This document shows positions 19,336-30,294 of a stretch of DNA of 64,000 nucleotides, in pieces (within the stretch, counting starts at the first letter, position 1; each line of letters opens with the position of its first letter). The DNA comes from a virus (taxonomy: Duplodnaviria; Caudoviricetes): IMG/VR virus record IMGVR_UViG_3300031994_000009. One strand, written 5' to 3'. Position numbers and translations under genes: made by a program. The notes beneath the pieces were generated by a model, which was given only the letters and a program-made list of their open reading frames with translations, was not told the origin of the DNA and searched no databases.

Positions 19336-22300
19336 TGGGCACATTCAATTACAGTCGTTTCAGATATTTCGACAAAAATGGACATGAACTTGTAATAAAG
19401 CATGTACCACAAGTTAAACTGTCGATCCAAAACGATAACATACCTGAGTTCGGAGCGGAATACGCATTCGTAAACGGAGATCCATCCCTGCAGAACATTG
19501 CACAAAATTCATCTATTGTGCAATTAAAAGCTGGAGATAGATTCAATCTTGCGGACAATTCATCCCCGCTAAACGTCAAAATCTCCATAACAAAGGACGG
19601 AAGCACAAACGAATCGGAAGGTTTGATATCAAATTCTTCTACACACACTTTATATACACTAAAATCATATAGCAGCAGCAACGGAGAAGAAAACATACCG
19701 TTAATTCACTATAATGAAGGTTCATTGTCTTTGAAATCCTTTATGATAGGGCAAAGTAATCTTGACATAAGCAACTCTGCGAATTTCTTTCCAACATACA
19801 CGTTTAATTCAAGGATATCTTTCGACAGAATCTCAACTGGTTTAGTAGAGACACAGACAATCTATGTTCTGGTTGAGAATGAAAACGACATAGACGAAAA
19901 CGGTGTACCAAAACTGACGACTGTCCAAGAATATGCGGAAACCAACCAAGACGCTTCGGCATATATCAATAGGTTCCAACTGTTCTTCTTCATAGATTGC
20001 AGAAACCAGAAAGATTTCAGGATGTTCCACGTCAAATACGATGAGATGGAATGGTCCGACAGATCGATACTTGATTTCAGAAAAGAATACGAAGACGGGA
20101 GCAACGACAACGGATATTCCGTGAATATCGGATTCAGCGGAGAGAATGACGGTGTGTATGAGCAGAATCTTTACGTGTGCATCCTTGACAAATCCACAGA
20201 AAGCGAAGATTATCCAGGAGACGTATACCCAGTTGGGGAAATTCTTATGACAGCAGAAACAGAAGGGGAGGACGAAAGATACAGGGCATTCTTCACAAAT
20301 TTCGGAATTCCAGACCCGAATGAATACGACAAGATCTTCAACGAAACGAACATGAACGAAGATCTCCCCGACTTCAACAGCATCAACAAGCATTCCAAAA
20401 AGATGTTCCTCGCGTATGACAAAATATTCCCATATATAGGAAGCTACAAAGCCTTGATTAACGCCGTAAAGGTTCTTGGATACGAAGACGAAATATTCTT
20501 TAAAGAATGGTACAAGGAGATCGGAAACTCCGCCATGGAAGACAGCGGATACACAACATATGAGATAACATACGGTTCCAAACTTCACACCAACATAATA
20601 CAAAACGCTGTATTATCGGAAAGAATTCACCTTAGAAAGATGAACTGGCTTAGTATGTTATACAGGATGAGCATAGAGCTAGACGAATTCGAGGACCTGT
20701 ATGGATTCCCGCATGCGATAACAAACTACAGGAACTTCAACACGGACAAACTCATGAAGCTGTTTGGATTGAAAGAATGGCTTGAGAAATACGTGATAGG
20801 GGTGAACTGCCATATTATAGACATAGGGGGGGAAGGGCTTGTTTTTGAAAGATACAATCTACAGAAATTTGGATCCTATCAGAACGTAATAGACGTTACA
20901 AGGGAAAAAACAATAAGTCCCATCATTAAAAACTCCGTTGAAATCATGCACGACGGATCGGCAAACATTAATGTAGAGCTTCATTCGAACGGAGAAACGA
21001 CAACGATAGAAGACTGCGCAGATATAAAATTTTCTGATTTTTGTGAAGGATATTTTAATGAAAGTGGAGTTTTTTGCCAGTTCGACGAATACGTTGAAGA
21101 TAACAACACATACCGATATTACGGAAAAACATTTGAGATGAACGAAAATATAGAGTCAATTATAATAAGAACAAAAGGAACACATGACTCTTATATGTAC
21201 AACGCGGACTCATCCAACGCTGACATATATCAAAACTTTTCTTCAATTCTTATAGATAATAATGAAATTTTCTTCGACGAAACGCATGACTTCGAAAAGG
21301 CATTAAACTCCCCGTTTAAGAGATTACCATTCATTGAAATAGAAAACGGAATAATCAAAAGATACAAAAACGATAGGGACAATACTGGAGAACTCCAATA
21401 CTACGCAAACATATATCCAGACAGTTCTAATAATTTATTATATTATAGAATTGATGTATTAAAAGATGCAGAATCTTCAACAAAATCATACTGGCTCGAT
21501 GAAATTCCAACATTCCTGCCACCAATATCTGTATTATCAGATAATAACATAACGATCACACCACCGTCAAAAAGACTAGGAACAGATCTAACCGCACAAG
21601 ATATGGTTAGACCGTTAAGCAAACCATATAGCATTTCTGTAGAAAACGGAACATCAGTAGAATACCAAAGACAAGATTGGTACACTAACTACGGTTTAAG
21701 ATTTTGTGTAGATAATGCGCACGGAATACCTTGTTTCAAAATTATAGGGTACGAGGAAAAAAATATTATGTTAAGCGGAAACAAAAGAACACATGTTCCT
21801 AGAATAAGACAAAGGATCACAGAGCCAAAACAATACGAATATTTTCTTGAAATAACAAATGGAAGACTAATATTTCCAGACGTAAGAAAAGATTTTATAT
21901 CTATTATTAATTTTGAATACAATCCAGAAACACAAAAAAGAAAAATATATGTCACAACATATAAAGACACAATTCATTCATCAACATATAAGTATATAAG
22001 TGGAAAATCCAGCAAAACTATTATTGATAATTTTATATTTGGGTGCGAGTATATAGGATTCATTAACAACTATGACGCAAACCCTCAACAGGCAATCACA
22101 TTTAATAACACCAAACAAATTAAAGTATTTCATGCTGGAGATTATGAGGTCAGTAATATAATATACAACAAAGATAACTTCGTTTTTTCAAAAAAGGCAG
22201 AAGGTATATGTAAAGTAAAAACACCATCTGCTGATCTTATTATATTGACAGCAGATCAGAGTTCAAATAATGCATACGAAATATACGACTCCATCGCTCC

Positions 22301-23915
22301 ATATGATTACATCAACTTGTTATTTTCTAGTATGAAAAAACAGGAAGATTGTATATTTGGCTACAAGCCTAAACTTCAAATTAAATCAATAAACGATCTT
22401 ACCGTTAACTATGAAGGTATACAAGAAAAAACAAACGGGGAACAAGATTGGGGAACACTTCATACTTTGAGTAAAAGAGATTTTTCCATAGCAACAATAT
22501 CATCATTGAGCGACAGATTTGACATTCCATGCTATACTAACAATATTGAAATGGAAAGAAACATTGGGTTCACGATGATAAGAAGAACTCCACACACATC
22601 TCACCTTTTCTGTGACACAAGCACAGAAATGATGAATATACTTTCTTATATGAATATCACACAAGGCACTGTGATCGAAACACTCAATGAATTAACACAA
22701 GACACATATTATATCGATGGAACGATGGTGGATGTTACATTGTTTGTCTATAATACATTATGCGAATACCCTATATATTCAACACCAGGTGTTATGATAC
22801 CAATAGAAGGATCTGAATACGACGAATACAGATTTATGCCATTGTCCCAAGTAGATGCATATGACATCATCGACAACTTTTTAGGAAAACAAAACATATC
22901 TTTTTATGTCATTCCAACGTGGACTCTTCCCGTTTATTTCGGAGGTCTTTCGTCAGAAACAAACACAGTTGGTTTCAGTTTAATGTTCTATCCATTCAGC
23001 AAAACATTAAAAAATGAATCTATGGGTATGCTCCATTTTAGAAATTCATATCATCAAAATTTAAATCAACCTTATTTTGGACATGGATCTTATAAAATAA
23101 TAGACACTATCATTAGATCATCAACATCTGGAAGACTTCTCCTATCAGCAAGTGTTAATCCAAATCCAAATCAGATCCGAGTAGAACAAAGATCTTTCGA
23201 CGGTTCCACATGGTTTTCTCCAAATAGTTTGGATTTTATGGAATATAAGACAGACATATCTAGCGATCTAAGCAACAATATGAATGGTTATTTTAGCATG
23301 ATAGAAAATTCATATGCAAAAAAAGCTAAATTTTTCATAGATTCTCAATATTCTGTATCTTTAAGAGATTTCGACACTATGTATGCTATGCAAATATGGG
23401 AATGGGATTCATCCGTATACGAAAGCACAGCAGACATAAAAACACAATATATATACAATGTTCCAGTTTGTATTAATAAACCTTTTGTCAGTTTACTCGT
23501 AAAAATAAATGACAGTTCTCCTCAATTTTCAATGTCTGGATTCATAGGGAACGGAAAATATGCGATAGAATGGAGAATATACAAAAGAATCGACGGAACT
23601 AACAGAAAACTCGTGATGAGATGTAGGAATCTTGTGATGAACTTGAAGCTGTTTGATCCTGGTATATACGATATAGAATATGATTATTTCGATAGAAACG
23701 GAAATAAATACACAAAGAAAATGTATAACGCCGTAACATATACTGGCGAAGAAAACATAGATACTGCAATAAACCAAACAGAGAATATCCCGTATAATTT
23801 TGAATGGAGTGACTACGTTTGCGCAAAGAACGAAATTCATTATCAGTTTGAATGGAGCGATTATGTATGCGCTGTTGAGGAAGTTAGTTCTGACACTTAC
23901 TGGGAAAACATATAA
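19335..23915 (+). CDS. Baseplate wedge-like structural protein (1526 aa)
   Basis: The IFPYIGSYKALINAVKVLGY segment resembles the baseplate wedge (gp7-like) signature. Late operon with a C-terminal PKD/Ig-like segment (PGIYDIEYDYFDRNGN). Confidence 0.55.
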   Translation: MGTFNYSRFRYFDKNGHELVIKHVPQVKLSIQNDNIPEFGAEYAFVNGDPSLQNIAQNSSIVQLKAGDRFNLADNSSPLNVKISITKDGSTNESEGLISNSSTHTLYTLKSYSSSNGEENIPLIHYNEGSLSLKSFMIGQSNLDISNSANFFPTYTFNSRISFDRISTGLVETQTIYVLVENENDIDENGVPKLTTVQEYAETNQDASAYINRFQLFFFIDCRNQKDFRMFHVKYDEMEWSDRSILDFRKEYEDGSNDNGYSVNIGFSGENDGVYEQNLYVCILDKSTESEDYPGDVYPVGEILMTAETEGEDERYRAFFTNFGIPDPNEYDKIFNETNMNEDLPDFNSINKHSKKMFLAYDKIFPYIGSYKALINAVKVLGYEDEIFFKEWYKEIGNSAMEDSGYTTYEITYGSKLHTNIIQNAVLSERIHLRKMNWLSMLYRMSIELDEFEDLYGFPHAITNYRNFNTDKLMKLFGLKEWLEKYVIGVNCHIIDIGGEGLVFERYNLQKFGSYQNVIDVTREKTISPIIKNSVEIMHDGSANINVELHSNGETTTIEDCADIKFSDFCEGYFNESGVFCQFDEYVEDNNTYRYYGKTFEMNENIESIIIRTKGTHDSYMYNADSSNADIYQNFSSILIDNNEIFFDETHDFEKALNSPFKRLPFIEIENGIIKRYKNDRDNTGELQYYANIYPDSSNNLLYYRIDVLKDAESSTKSYWLDEIPTFLPPISVLSDNNITITPPSKRLGTDLTAQDMVRPLSKPYSISVENGTSVEYQRQDWYTNYGLRFCVDNAHGIPCFKIIGYEEKNIMLSGNKRTHVPRIRQRITEPKQYEYFLEITNGRLIFPDVRKDFISIINFEYNPETQKRKIYVTTYKDTIHSSTYKYISGKSSKTIIDNFIFGCEYIGFINNYDANPQQAITFNNTKQIKVFHAGDYEVSNIIYNKDNFVFSKKAEGICKVKTPSADLIILTADQSSNNAYEIYDSIAPYDYINLLFSSMKKQEDCIFGYKPKLQIKSINDLTVNYEGIQEKTNGEQDWGTLHTLSKRDFSIATISSLSDRFDIPCYTNNIEMERNIGFTMIRRTPHTSHLFCDTSTEMMNILSYMNITQGTVIETLNELTQDTYYIDGTMVDVTLFVYNTLCEYPIYSTPGVMIPIEGSEYDEYRFMPLSQVDAYDIIDNFLGKQNISFYVIPTWTLPVYFGGLSSETNTVGFSLMFYPFSKTLKNESMGMLHFRNSYHQNLNQPYFGHGSYKIIDTIIRSSTSGRLLLSASVNPNPNQIRVEQRSFDGSTWFSPNSLDFMEYKTDISSDLSNNMNGYFSMIENSYAKKAKFFIDSQYSVSLRDFDTMYAMQIWEWDSSVYESTADIKTQYIYNVPVCINKPFVSLLVKINDSSPQFSMSGFIGNGKYAIEWRIYKRIDGTNRKLVMRCRNLVMNLKLFDPGIYDIEYDYFDRNGNKYTKKMYNAVTYTGEENIDTAINQTENIPYNFEWSDYVCAKNEIHYQFEWSDYVCAVEEVSSDTYWENI

Positions 23916-23927
23916 AATAAGCATAAA

Positions 23928-24257
23928 ATGGAAAAAATATACAGTAACAATGGATATGCAAGAATGAAGACCCTTACTATATCAAGAGGAGAAGATTCTA
24001 GTATATATTCATTCGTGTCACAATTCGTATATAACAGTACGACATACCCTTCATTGACGGACGAACAATTACAAAAAATGGATCGCACAAGTTATATAGA
24101 CAGACTCAGATCATTTGTAAATTACATATATAGTATAAACGAAGGATTGCAATCAGACTGTCCATACATGGCTCAAGGCGCAGAAATCTATAATACAGAT
24201 TGGTGCCCAATAACTGGGCCATCTTCAGAATATAATTGGGATAACATACAAAGTTAA
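23928..24257 (+). CDS. Hypothetical structural-operon protein
   Basis: 109 aa, co-oriented in the late operon. Confidence 0.65.
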   Translation: MEKIYSNNGYARMKTLTISRGEDSSIYSFVSQFVYNSTTYPSLTDEQLQKMDRTSYIDRLRSFVNYIYSINEGLQSDCPYMAQGAEIYNTDWCPITGPSSEYNWDNIQS

Positions 24258-24279
24258 TCAAAAATCAACAAATAAAAAT

Positions 24280-25182
24280 ATGCCGACACCAGTAAGATTT
24301 AAATATGGATCATATTCCGATTACAAAAATATACAGCACGATGATGGCACTTTATATTTCATAACGGATCGAGGTCTTATTTTCAGAGGTGATTCTCTTG
24401 TTACTCATAATATTGATGCAAGTACATACACCGACTCATCTGGAAACATTATTCTAAGAATATCTGACAATTCTGGATGGCCAAATGAAACAACATTTGA
24501 TGTTTATACTATACAATCCATACAAAACATATTAGCGACTTTTATTGCTGCTGCGGATGCCATGAAATTCAAAGGCGTTCTTGGAACAGGAAGCGGAATG
24601 ACGCAAAATCTGCCAAATTTTGGTTATAAAATAGGATGGTGCTATAAAGTTGGAACGGCTGGAACATATGCTGGAAAAGAATGTGAGGTTGGCGATCTTA
24701 TAATATCCATAAACGACGGGCCATCTTCAGCACCTCAACAACCAATCAACGAAGATTGGACAATTGTACAATCTAATGATTATGCAGTTTCCGTGCCAGA
24801 TATAAATTATACTCTAGATTCGAGTTGCATCGTTGTCGGAAATGGCGGTAGAATGGTAAGAAAAGTCACACCACATGCAAATCAAACAGACATGTTTTTA
24901 GGGGTAGATTCTTCTTTCAATCCAACATGGAAACAAATATCCTCAGCAGATATTACTGGTATTATTCCAGTCACACACGGAGGTACGGGACAATCCGCAT
25001 TTAATGATGGTTCTGCATTAATCGGAAACGGAGAAAATCCAATACAAACAAGAGAAATATCAAATAGTATTATAAACGGATACGCAGAGTCAAACGCATT
25101 AGTCACAGCACAAGGAATTATAGAATATGTCAACCAAGCTAGTCAATCTGCGACAGTTAATTGGGAAACTATAGAACCATAA
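24280..25182 (+). CDS. Tail fibre-associated protein
   Basis: DGTLYFITD N-terminal module, AMKFKG...GDLII...WTIVQ module and the IPVTHGGTG fibre motif. Confidence 0.6.
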   Translation: MPTPVRFKYGSYSDYKNIQHDDGTLYFITDRGLIFRGDSLVTHNIDASTYTDSSGNIILRISDNSGWPNETTFDVYTIQSIQNILATFIAAADAMKFKGVLGTGSGMTQNLPNFGYKIGWCYKVGTAGTYAGKECEVGDLIISINDGPSSAPQQPINEDWTIVQSNDYAVSVPDINYTLDSSCIVVGNGGRMVRKVTPHANQTDMFLGVDSSFNPTWKQISSADITGIIPVTHGGTGQSAFNDGSALIGNGENPIQTREISNSIINGYAESNALVTAQGIIEYVNQASQSATVNWETIEP

Positions 25183-25184
25183 TA

Positions 25185-25934
25185 ATGCCTAATCAAGTAC
25201 ATTTTAAAGTAGGATTAAGAGTAAACTATGAAGATCTGGAAGGTAGCGAACCAGATCAAAATACTTTATATTTTGTAAACTCAAATGGGCAATTTGACCC
25301 ACATGGGATGGGAGACGATGGTGATTTGTATCTAGGAGGATATTTGATTGGTGTCAGTAGAGCAGAAAAAACGCAAATAGACTCAAGTATATCACAAATT
25401 GAACAAATATTATCTCAATTACAAACAGTAGATTCAAGTTCATGGTATATAGGAGATGATTCAAGTGCAATGAATGGATGGCAAAAAACTACGCGGCCAT
25501 TATCAAAAGACTATTGCTATGATGTTTCCCTTGGCGATTTCATATACTCTGACAAACTTGAGATAAGCGTTTCCCTAACATTAGAGAATTGGTCAAATAT
25601 TGGATATCTCGCTCAAATATATGCAGAGATTGGTTTTTATGAACACGCAGAAGGAGATGATCGTCTATCTTGGAGAATTGCTTATTTAACTGGAAATCCC
25701 TTTTCAACACAAACAGTAATGAGTTATGTTGCATCAAAAGACACACAATATTGGTCAAATAACGTTCATTTTTCTGGAATAATATATGGTCCTTTCTATA
25801 CATCTGAAAACAATTATATGCTTAGACTACACATAATAGTTCCAAACGAAAGATACATAGTTGCAAGATCAACAACAGCAGATTCAATAAACGCTAGTCA
25901 ATTAATAATAAGAGGATACCGTTCATTGATATGA
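25185..25934 (+). CDS. Tail fibre-associated protein
   Basis: The N-terminus (VHFKVG...DQNTLYFV...GDLYLG) resembles that of the preceding gene. ATG at 25185. Confidence 0.55.
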   Translation: MPNQVHFKVGLRVNYEDLEGSEPDQNTLYFVNSNGQFDPHGMGDDGDLYLGGYLIGVSRAEKTQIDSSISQIEQILSQLQTVDSSSWYIGDDSSAMNGWQKTTRPLSKDYCYDVSLGDFIYSDKLEISVSLTLENWSNIGYLAQIYAEIGFYEHAEGDDRLSWRIAYLTGNPFSTQTVMSYVASKDTQYWSNNVHFSGIIYGPFYTSENNYMLRLHIIVPNERYIVARSTTADSINASQLIIRGYRSLI

Positions 25935-25939
25935 AAAAC

Positions 25940-25972
25940 AAAAACCGAGATCAACTTTGACCTCGGTTTTTT
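25940..25972. terminator. Bidirectional intrinsic terminator
   Basis: AAAAACCGAG...CTCGGTTTTT between convergent genes. Confidence 0.8.
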
Positions 25973-25983
25973 GCTTTTATAGT

Positions 25984-26646
25984 TTAACCAATTGATGCGT
26001 CTAATGATGGAATATCAATAGGATCTTTTTCTGCCCCATTCATGATATAAGCATAATATCCTTGAGACATCATAGCCCATCTATCTTTCAAATCTTCAAT
26101 TTTCTGCGTTTCCGCTTTATATTCATCGACAAGTTCATGCAACCTTTCATATACAGGAAGATATTCATCCCAGATTTCTGCCATATGTTTTGCGGATTCA
26201 TACCCGAATCCAGCATAATTCTCAAAAAGAATAAAAGCATATTGAACTGGAGAATACTCAAGCGAAAGTTCTTTTGGATTATTTTCATCAAAATTCTTAA
26301 TAAACTCGTTCAATAAATCTGAGAAATTCAGTACACCCACGAACATTCTCTGTGTCCAGAAAGAATTGTCGTTGAATTCTTTCATGAATTTTGCGACTCT
26401 CAATGCATTGTCCTTATCTGCAATCACATAATCCTTTCTTTCTTTCAAAGCATTTGCTGCAGCTTCAAAATCAGCCTTTGCCTGATTGATGTCGTCTTCT
26501 GTAGGGGTCTTATCTGGATCGATCCAGAACTTGCCCATGTTGTTCACGTTAAACTCGGAAATAACTTTACGGCGTTCAGCCTCTTTCTGTGCAGCAATTT
26601 GCACATCATCAAGTTCATTTTTTTCTTTTGCGGTTTTCTTTGCCAT
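25984..26646 (-). CDS. Hypothetical protein
   Basis: 220-aa helical ORF. Confidence 0.7.
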   Translation of the reverse strand: MAKKTAKEKNELDDVQIAAQKEAERRKVISEFNVNNMGKFWIDPDKTPTEDDINQAKADFEAAANALKERKDYVIADKDNALRVAKFMKEFNDNSFWTQRMFVGVLNFSDLLNEFIKNFDENNPKELSLEYSPVQYAFILFENYAGFGYESAKHMAEIWDEYLPVYERLHELVDEYKAETQKIEDLKDRWAMMSQGYYAYIMNGAEKDPIDIPSLDASIG

Positions 26647-26652
26647 TTCTAT

Positions 26653-26913
26653 CTATGGTTTCTTTTCTATTTTTCTCCATTTAGGATAATCACATTCACA
26701 TGAAAAATAATAATCTATCTTTGGATCATAGCCTTCTGGAATTCCCTTCACATCAGTAACTATTTTTCCAGTGTATACAAGAGTTCCGTATCCTGTCAAC
26801 TTATGATAAGGAAACTTGTCATACTTTATATATACATTTCTATATTTTTTTACAAATAATGACACAGTGCCCAAACTCCTATTCCTATAGTCCCCAACAT
26901 CCCCAACATCCAT
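26653..26913 (-). CDS. Small hypothetical protein, start uncertain (possibly frameshifted)
   Basis: The open frame fills the gap between two genes. The best-placed ATG (26837) is 2 nt out of frame across a (TA)4 run. Confidence 0.35.
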   Translation of the reverse strand: MDVGDVGDYRNRSLGTVSLFVKKYRNVYIKYDKFPYHKLTGYGTLVYTGKIVTDVKGIPEGYDPKIDYYFSCECDYPKWRKIEKKP

Positions 26914-27302
26914 AACAATGCTTTTGTAAGCGTCATTCTGTATCCAGTATATATGAATAAAATCCCATATGATAATGTTGGGTTCCCTTCCTCATCGACA
27001 AAATTATTCACTTGCGGAACAAGATACTCACTCCACCCTAGATCCTGTCCGAGATATTGTACGGCTGGTTTCAGCTTAATCATCACCATTCGGTCAAAAT
27101 CATATCCAGCGTTCATTAAATCCGCATCAGTACAGTTGATTTGCATATATAGTATGTTTCCAAGCCAGTTCTTTTTTATCCCTAGATTGTTCATACCAGA
27201 TTTCGGTTCAGCAAGCTCCCTCTTAATGTCTTTTCTGAACCTGAAGAAATTCTTTATGTCAAAGAATGATTGCACTATTTTTTTATCACTAAAATCAGTC
27301 AT
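26850..27302 (-). CDS. Hypothetical protein with a C-terminal membrane anchor
   Basis: C-terminal ALLWMLGMLGTIGIGVWALC. Confidence 0.65.
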   Translation of the reverse strand: MTDFSDKKIVQSFFDIKNFFRFRKDIKRELAEPKSGMNNLGIKKNWLGNILYMQINCTDADLMNAGYDFDRMVMIKLKPAVQYLGQDLGWSEYLVPQVNNFVDEEGNPTLSYGILFIYTGYRMTLTKALLWMLGMLGTIGIGVWALCHYL

Positions 27303-27309
27303 TTAATAA

Positions 27310-28071
27310 TCAGTCATTAAATATTTCACAGTATATATCATATAAATCAGGATATCTGAGTTTCACCTCATCAGACAAGCACCTCTTTCCTTTAAGGAGC
27401 CAATTTTGGACGGAAAAAAGAGTCATATTGTTATCCTCTGCGATTTGTCTGGCGTTCTTTTTGTTTACATACCTTTCCTTCATTACTATCCTGAGATGAT
27501 CGGGGAGATACTCGATACATTCCACAGATGCATCATATATTTCAGATTTTATCTCACTTTTTGTTATCGAAACAATACATTTTCCATCAAAATACATATT
27601 ATCTGACATAAACTCATAAGGATCAGAATTAGAAATGTTTGTGCTTTCTTCTTCGTCAGGAACATCGCGATACATATCAGATAAATCCACTGGAACAATA
27701 TTCAACTTATTGTTGACACCCTTGTTCTTTAAATACTGGATTGTTGTATTGTACGCGATTGTATATAGCCATGTAGAAAATTTAGCGGTATCTGGATTAT
27801 ATGTATTTATATTGAACCATACCCTTTCCAACGTGACGCTAATCACACTATCAGTGTCATATCCATTACCAGTCATGCTTCCTATAAACGATTTTAAGCC
27901 CCAATCACATCGTTTCACAAGAGCATTGAAACTCTTTTCGGTGTGATCGATCATGAACCTTTCCGCAAGCTTTTGAATATCCTTAGCATCCTTCTTGTTT
28001 TGCCTTTTCTCTATAGAATCACAACATTCCGTTTGAAAAGGAACATCAAAGATATCAATTTTATCAGGCAT
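27310..28071 (-). CDS. RNA polymerase sigma factor (sigma70/ECF-like)
   Basis: Region 2 (AKFSTWLYTIAYN) and a region 4 HTH (LPDHLRIVM...ARQIAED...VQNWLLKGK). Confidence 0.8.
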   Translation of the reverse strand: MPDKIDIFDVPFQTECCDSIEKRQNKKDAKDIQKLAERFMIDHTEKSFNALVKRCDWGLKSFIGSMTGNGYDTDSVISVTLERVWFNINTYNPDTAKFSTWLYTIAYNTTIQYLKNKGVNNKLNIVPVDLSDMYRDVPDEEESTNISNSDPYEFMSDNMYFDGKCIVSITKSEIKSEIYDASVECIEYLPDHLRIVMKERYVNKKNARQIAEDNNMTLFSVQNWLLKGKRCLSDEVKLRYPDLYDIYCEIFND

Positions 28072-28435
28072 TATTTATTTCATCGGTTTTCTTCGTTTTA
28101 TCGACAACATTTTCTTCTTGTTTAGAAATCGGAATCGGTTCGAAATATTTCAAAAAGTTATCCTTTTTCTCAATAACAGACATTAACTTCGAAACAATCT
28201 TATATGGCAAACCAGACAAATCTTTTATAAACTCATCAAGCTTAGCAACTGGCATGATCCTTCCACACTCTTCGATCCTGTCAATGAATTGTTTTGTATC
28301 TGCATACGCCATATCTCCAAGAATTGTCTTCAAATCCCTGACAAACATATCGGTTATTCTATATGTTTGGTAATATTGAACAACCTGCGGTTCTGGCATA
28401 TCATTTGAATTAGATAATTCTTTCTCAGTATTCAT
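28064..28435 (-). CDS. Hypothetical protein
   Basis: 123-aa ORF in the operon. Confidence 0.65.
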   Translation of the reverse strand: MNTEKELSNSNDMPEPQVVQYYQTYRITDMFVRDLKTILGDMAYADTKQFIDRIEECGRIMPVAKLDEFIKDLSGLPYKIVSKLMSVIEKKDNFLKYFEPIPISKQEENVVDKTKKTDEINNA

Positions 28436-28454
28436 TTTTATAATATTTTGATTT

Positions 28455-30278
28455 TCAATTTTTTACTATAGATAAAGCTGGAATTATTTGTAATCGTTTC
28501 ATAAAATCTTGATTAAACATATTTGGTGCAGTGTGCATCAATATGGTATAGCATCCATCGAATATGAATGTTACACACCAATCATGATCATTCCTTACAC
28601 CTCGTCCAACTCCTTGCAATATAGATATTGCAGTAGTATTGCTATACCATATGGGTCTTAGCTTTTGTTTTGCTGCAACAAACTTATCTCCAAGACTTGG
28701 ATAAGGAACTTTCATTATAATCTGGAACCTGCAAAGATCATCATCAAAAGAAAGACCCTCGATCAAACTAGGTCCGACAAGAATCTTATCATTACAGTAT
28801 TTAAAATATTGAATAGCTTCACCTTTCTCTTTGGTGTCGTCATATAATATCAAACGTTTCCTTGTACTTGCGGAAACATTTTCAAGAAGAGACTTTGCGA
28901 AAGCATAACTCCCAGTCTGTATTATACCCCTCTTCCCAGAATACATAGACACAGTTGCGTCGATCAACTCACATACCTTTGGAAGATTATAAGCCTTCAT
29001 ATTATACGACAACTTATAATCTGGAACATAATATATAGGAGAATTTGTGAAATCAAAAGTTGAAGGTATGTCGATGTAATCAAATCCATCAAATCCCATA
29101 TCAACCGAAAATTGATAAGGATCCCCAATCGTAGCCGACATATACATCTTTCTTTTTGAATGTACATGAAACTTCTCACCCATCAGATAAGATTCATCAA
29201 TACAATTGAATACGATATTCTCCATATTCTTGTCATCCCAATTTTTGACAATGTTGATGGATCCTATCTTTGTGATTATGTCAACATATTCAGAAAAAGA
29301 AGATATATGGTTAGATATAAAATCGCAATCTCTGGCAAGGCCCTTGTCCTCTTTGGAGAGTATTTCCTTGTTGTCGTTCTTGCTAGAAATCTCCCTCATA
29401 ATAGTATCTATCCCATCAGAAACAACTTTCATTGTTTTGACATATTCCTCTAGCAAATCCAATATTTCAATATTATCTTCCGTTTTCGCAATCTGATACC
29501 TGATGTTTTGGATTTTGTTTGTGATTTCTGGATCATCACATCCAGCCACGACAATTCTCCCTATCTTGGCAAGATCATCTTTATTGAAAGAAGGGGAAAA
29601 ATGTTTCTGGACTATTTCAACTATCTTATGGGCTTCATCACAAATAACAAAATCCCTACTTGTAAACGGAGCCATTCCATGCAACATCTTTTTGACAATA
29701 TTCTGCTGTATCAACCAAAAAGAATATGTACAAACAAGAACATCGGACTCCATCGCCTTCTCCCTATCCAATATATACTGGCAGGTCTGTGAACACTCTG
29801 GAAACTTTTGCTTGATGTCTCCATAAGACTTACACCCCTTCAACTTGCATTGACCAGACGAAAAACTCAATCCATTTATGCTACATGTATATGCTTGTTG
29901 GCCTTTGATGACAGCCCAATTCGGAAAATATTTCTCAATATCTCTTGCATACTGATCGATTAAGTTTAGATCTGATGCAAGAATATACCCTTTCATGTCG
30001 TAATACTTGGAAAGCACCATGGCTATTGTCATAGCCGTGATGCTCTTTCCAGAACCAGTAGGTGCTGATATAATGACATTTTCTCTTCCGTTGAGCCAAT
30101 CGTCGATCGTCCTTGCTACAGCTTCCTTTTGGTTTGGCCTGAATTGGAATAATGGTCCAAAACACTTTTTGGAAACAGCATCAATCTGATCCATGATTTT
30201 CTCAAATCCTGGAGAAACCGTTTTCTTTTCTTCGGGTTCTTCAATAGAAGATGTTATATTTTCATCAAACTCTGCCAT
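28455..30278 (-). CDS. DinG/XPD-family SF2 helicase
   Basis: FRPNQ Q-motif, APTGSGKS, a Cys cluster (putative Fe-S), DEAH, MSAT, KVPYP and QGVGRGVR..D. Confidence 0.88.
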   Translation of the reverse strand: MAEFDENITSSIEEPEEKKTVSPGFEKIMDQIDAVSKKCFGPLFQFRPNQKEAVARTIDDWLNGRENVIISAPTGSGKSITAMTIAMVLSKYYDMKGYILASDLNLIDQYARDIEKYFPNWAVIKGQQAYTCSINGLSFSSGQCKLKGCKSYGDIKQKFPECSQTCQYILDREKAMESDVLVCTYSFWLIQQNIVKKMLHGMAPFTSRDFVICDEAHKIVEIVQKHFSPSFNKDDLAKIGRIVVAGCDDPEITNKIQNIRYQIAKTEDNIEILDLLEEYVKTMKVVSDGIDTIMREISSKNDNKEILSKEDKGLARDCDFISNHISSFSEYVDIITKIGSINIVKNWDDKNMENIVFNCIDESYLMGEKFHVHSKRKMYMSATIGDPYQFSVDMGFDGFDYIDIPSTFDFTNSPIYYVPDYKLSYNMKAYNLPKVCELIDATVSMYSGKRGIIQTGSYAFAKSLLENVSASTRKRLILYDDTKEKGEAIQYFKYCNDKILVGPSLIEGLSFDDDLCRFQIIMKVPYPSLGDKFVAAKQKLRPIWYSNTTAISILQGVGRGVRNDHDWCVTFIFDGCYTILMHTAPNMFNQDFMKRLQIIPALSIVKN

Positions 30279-30280
30279 GG

Positions 30281-30294
30281 TGCAAATATACGGA
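30281..30294 (-). promoter_or_regulatory. Bacteroidetes-type host promoter TCCGTATATTTGCA, likely leaderless
   Basis: TATATTTG is followed by only CACC before the helicase ATG. Confidence 0.75.

Noticed and set aside
19842-20603. Long antisense and alternate-frame ORFs (also 384..917, 5335..5871, 44016..44591, 58227..58781, 61852..62421)
   Set aside because: They are shadows of real genes on the opposite strand, with no promoter or recognisable motifs.
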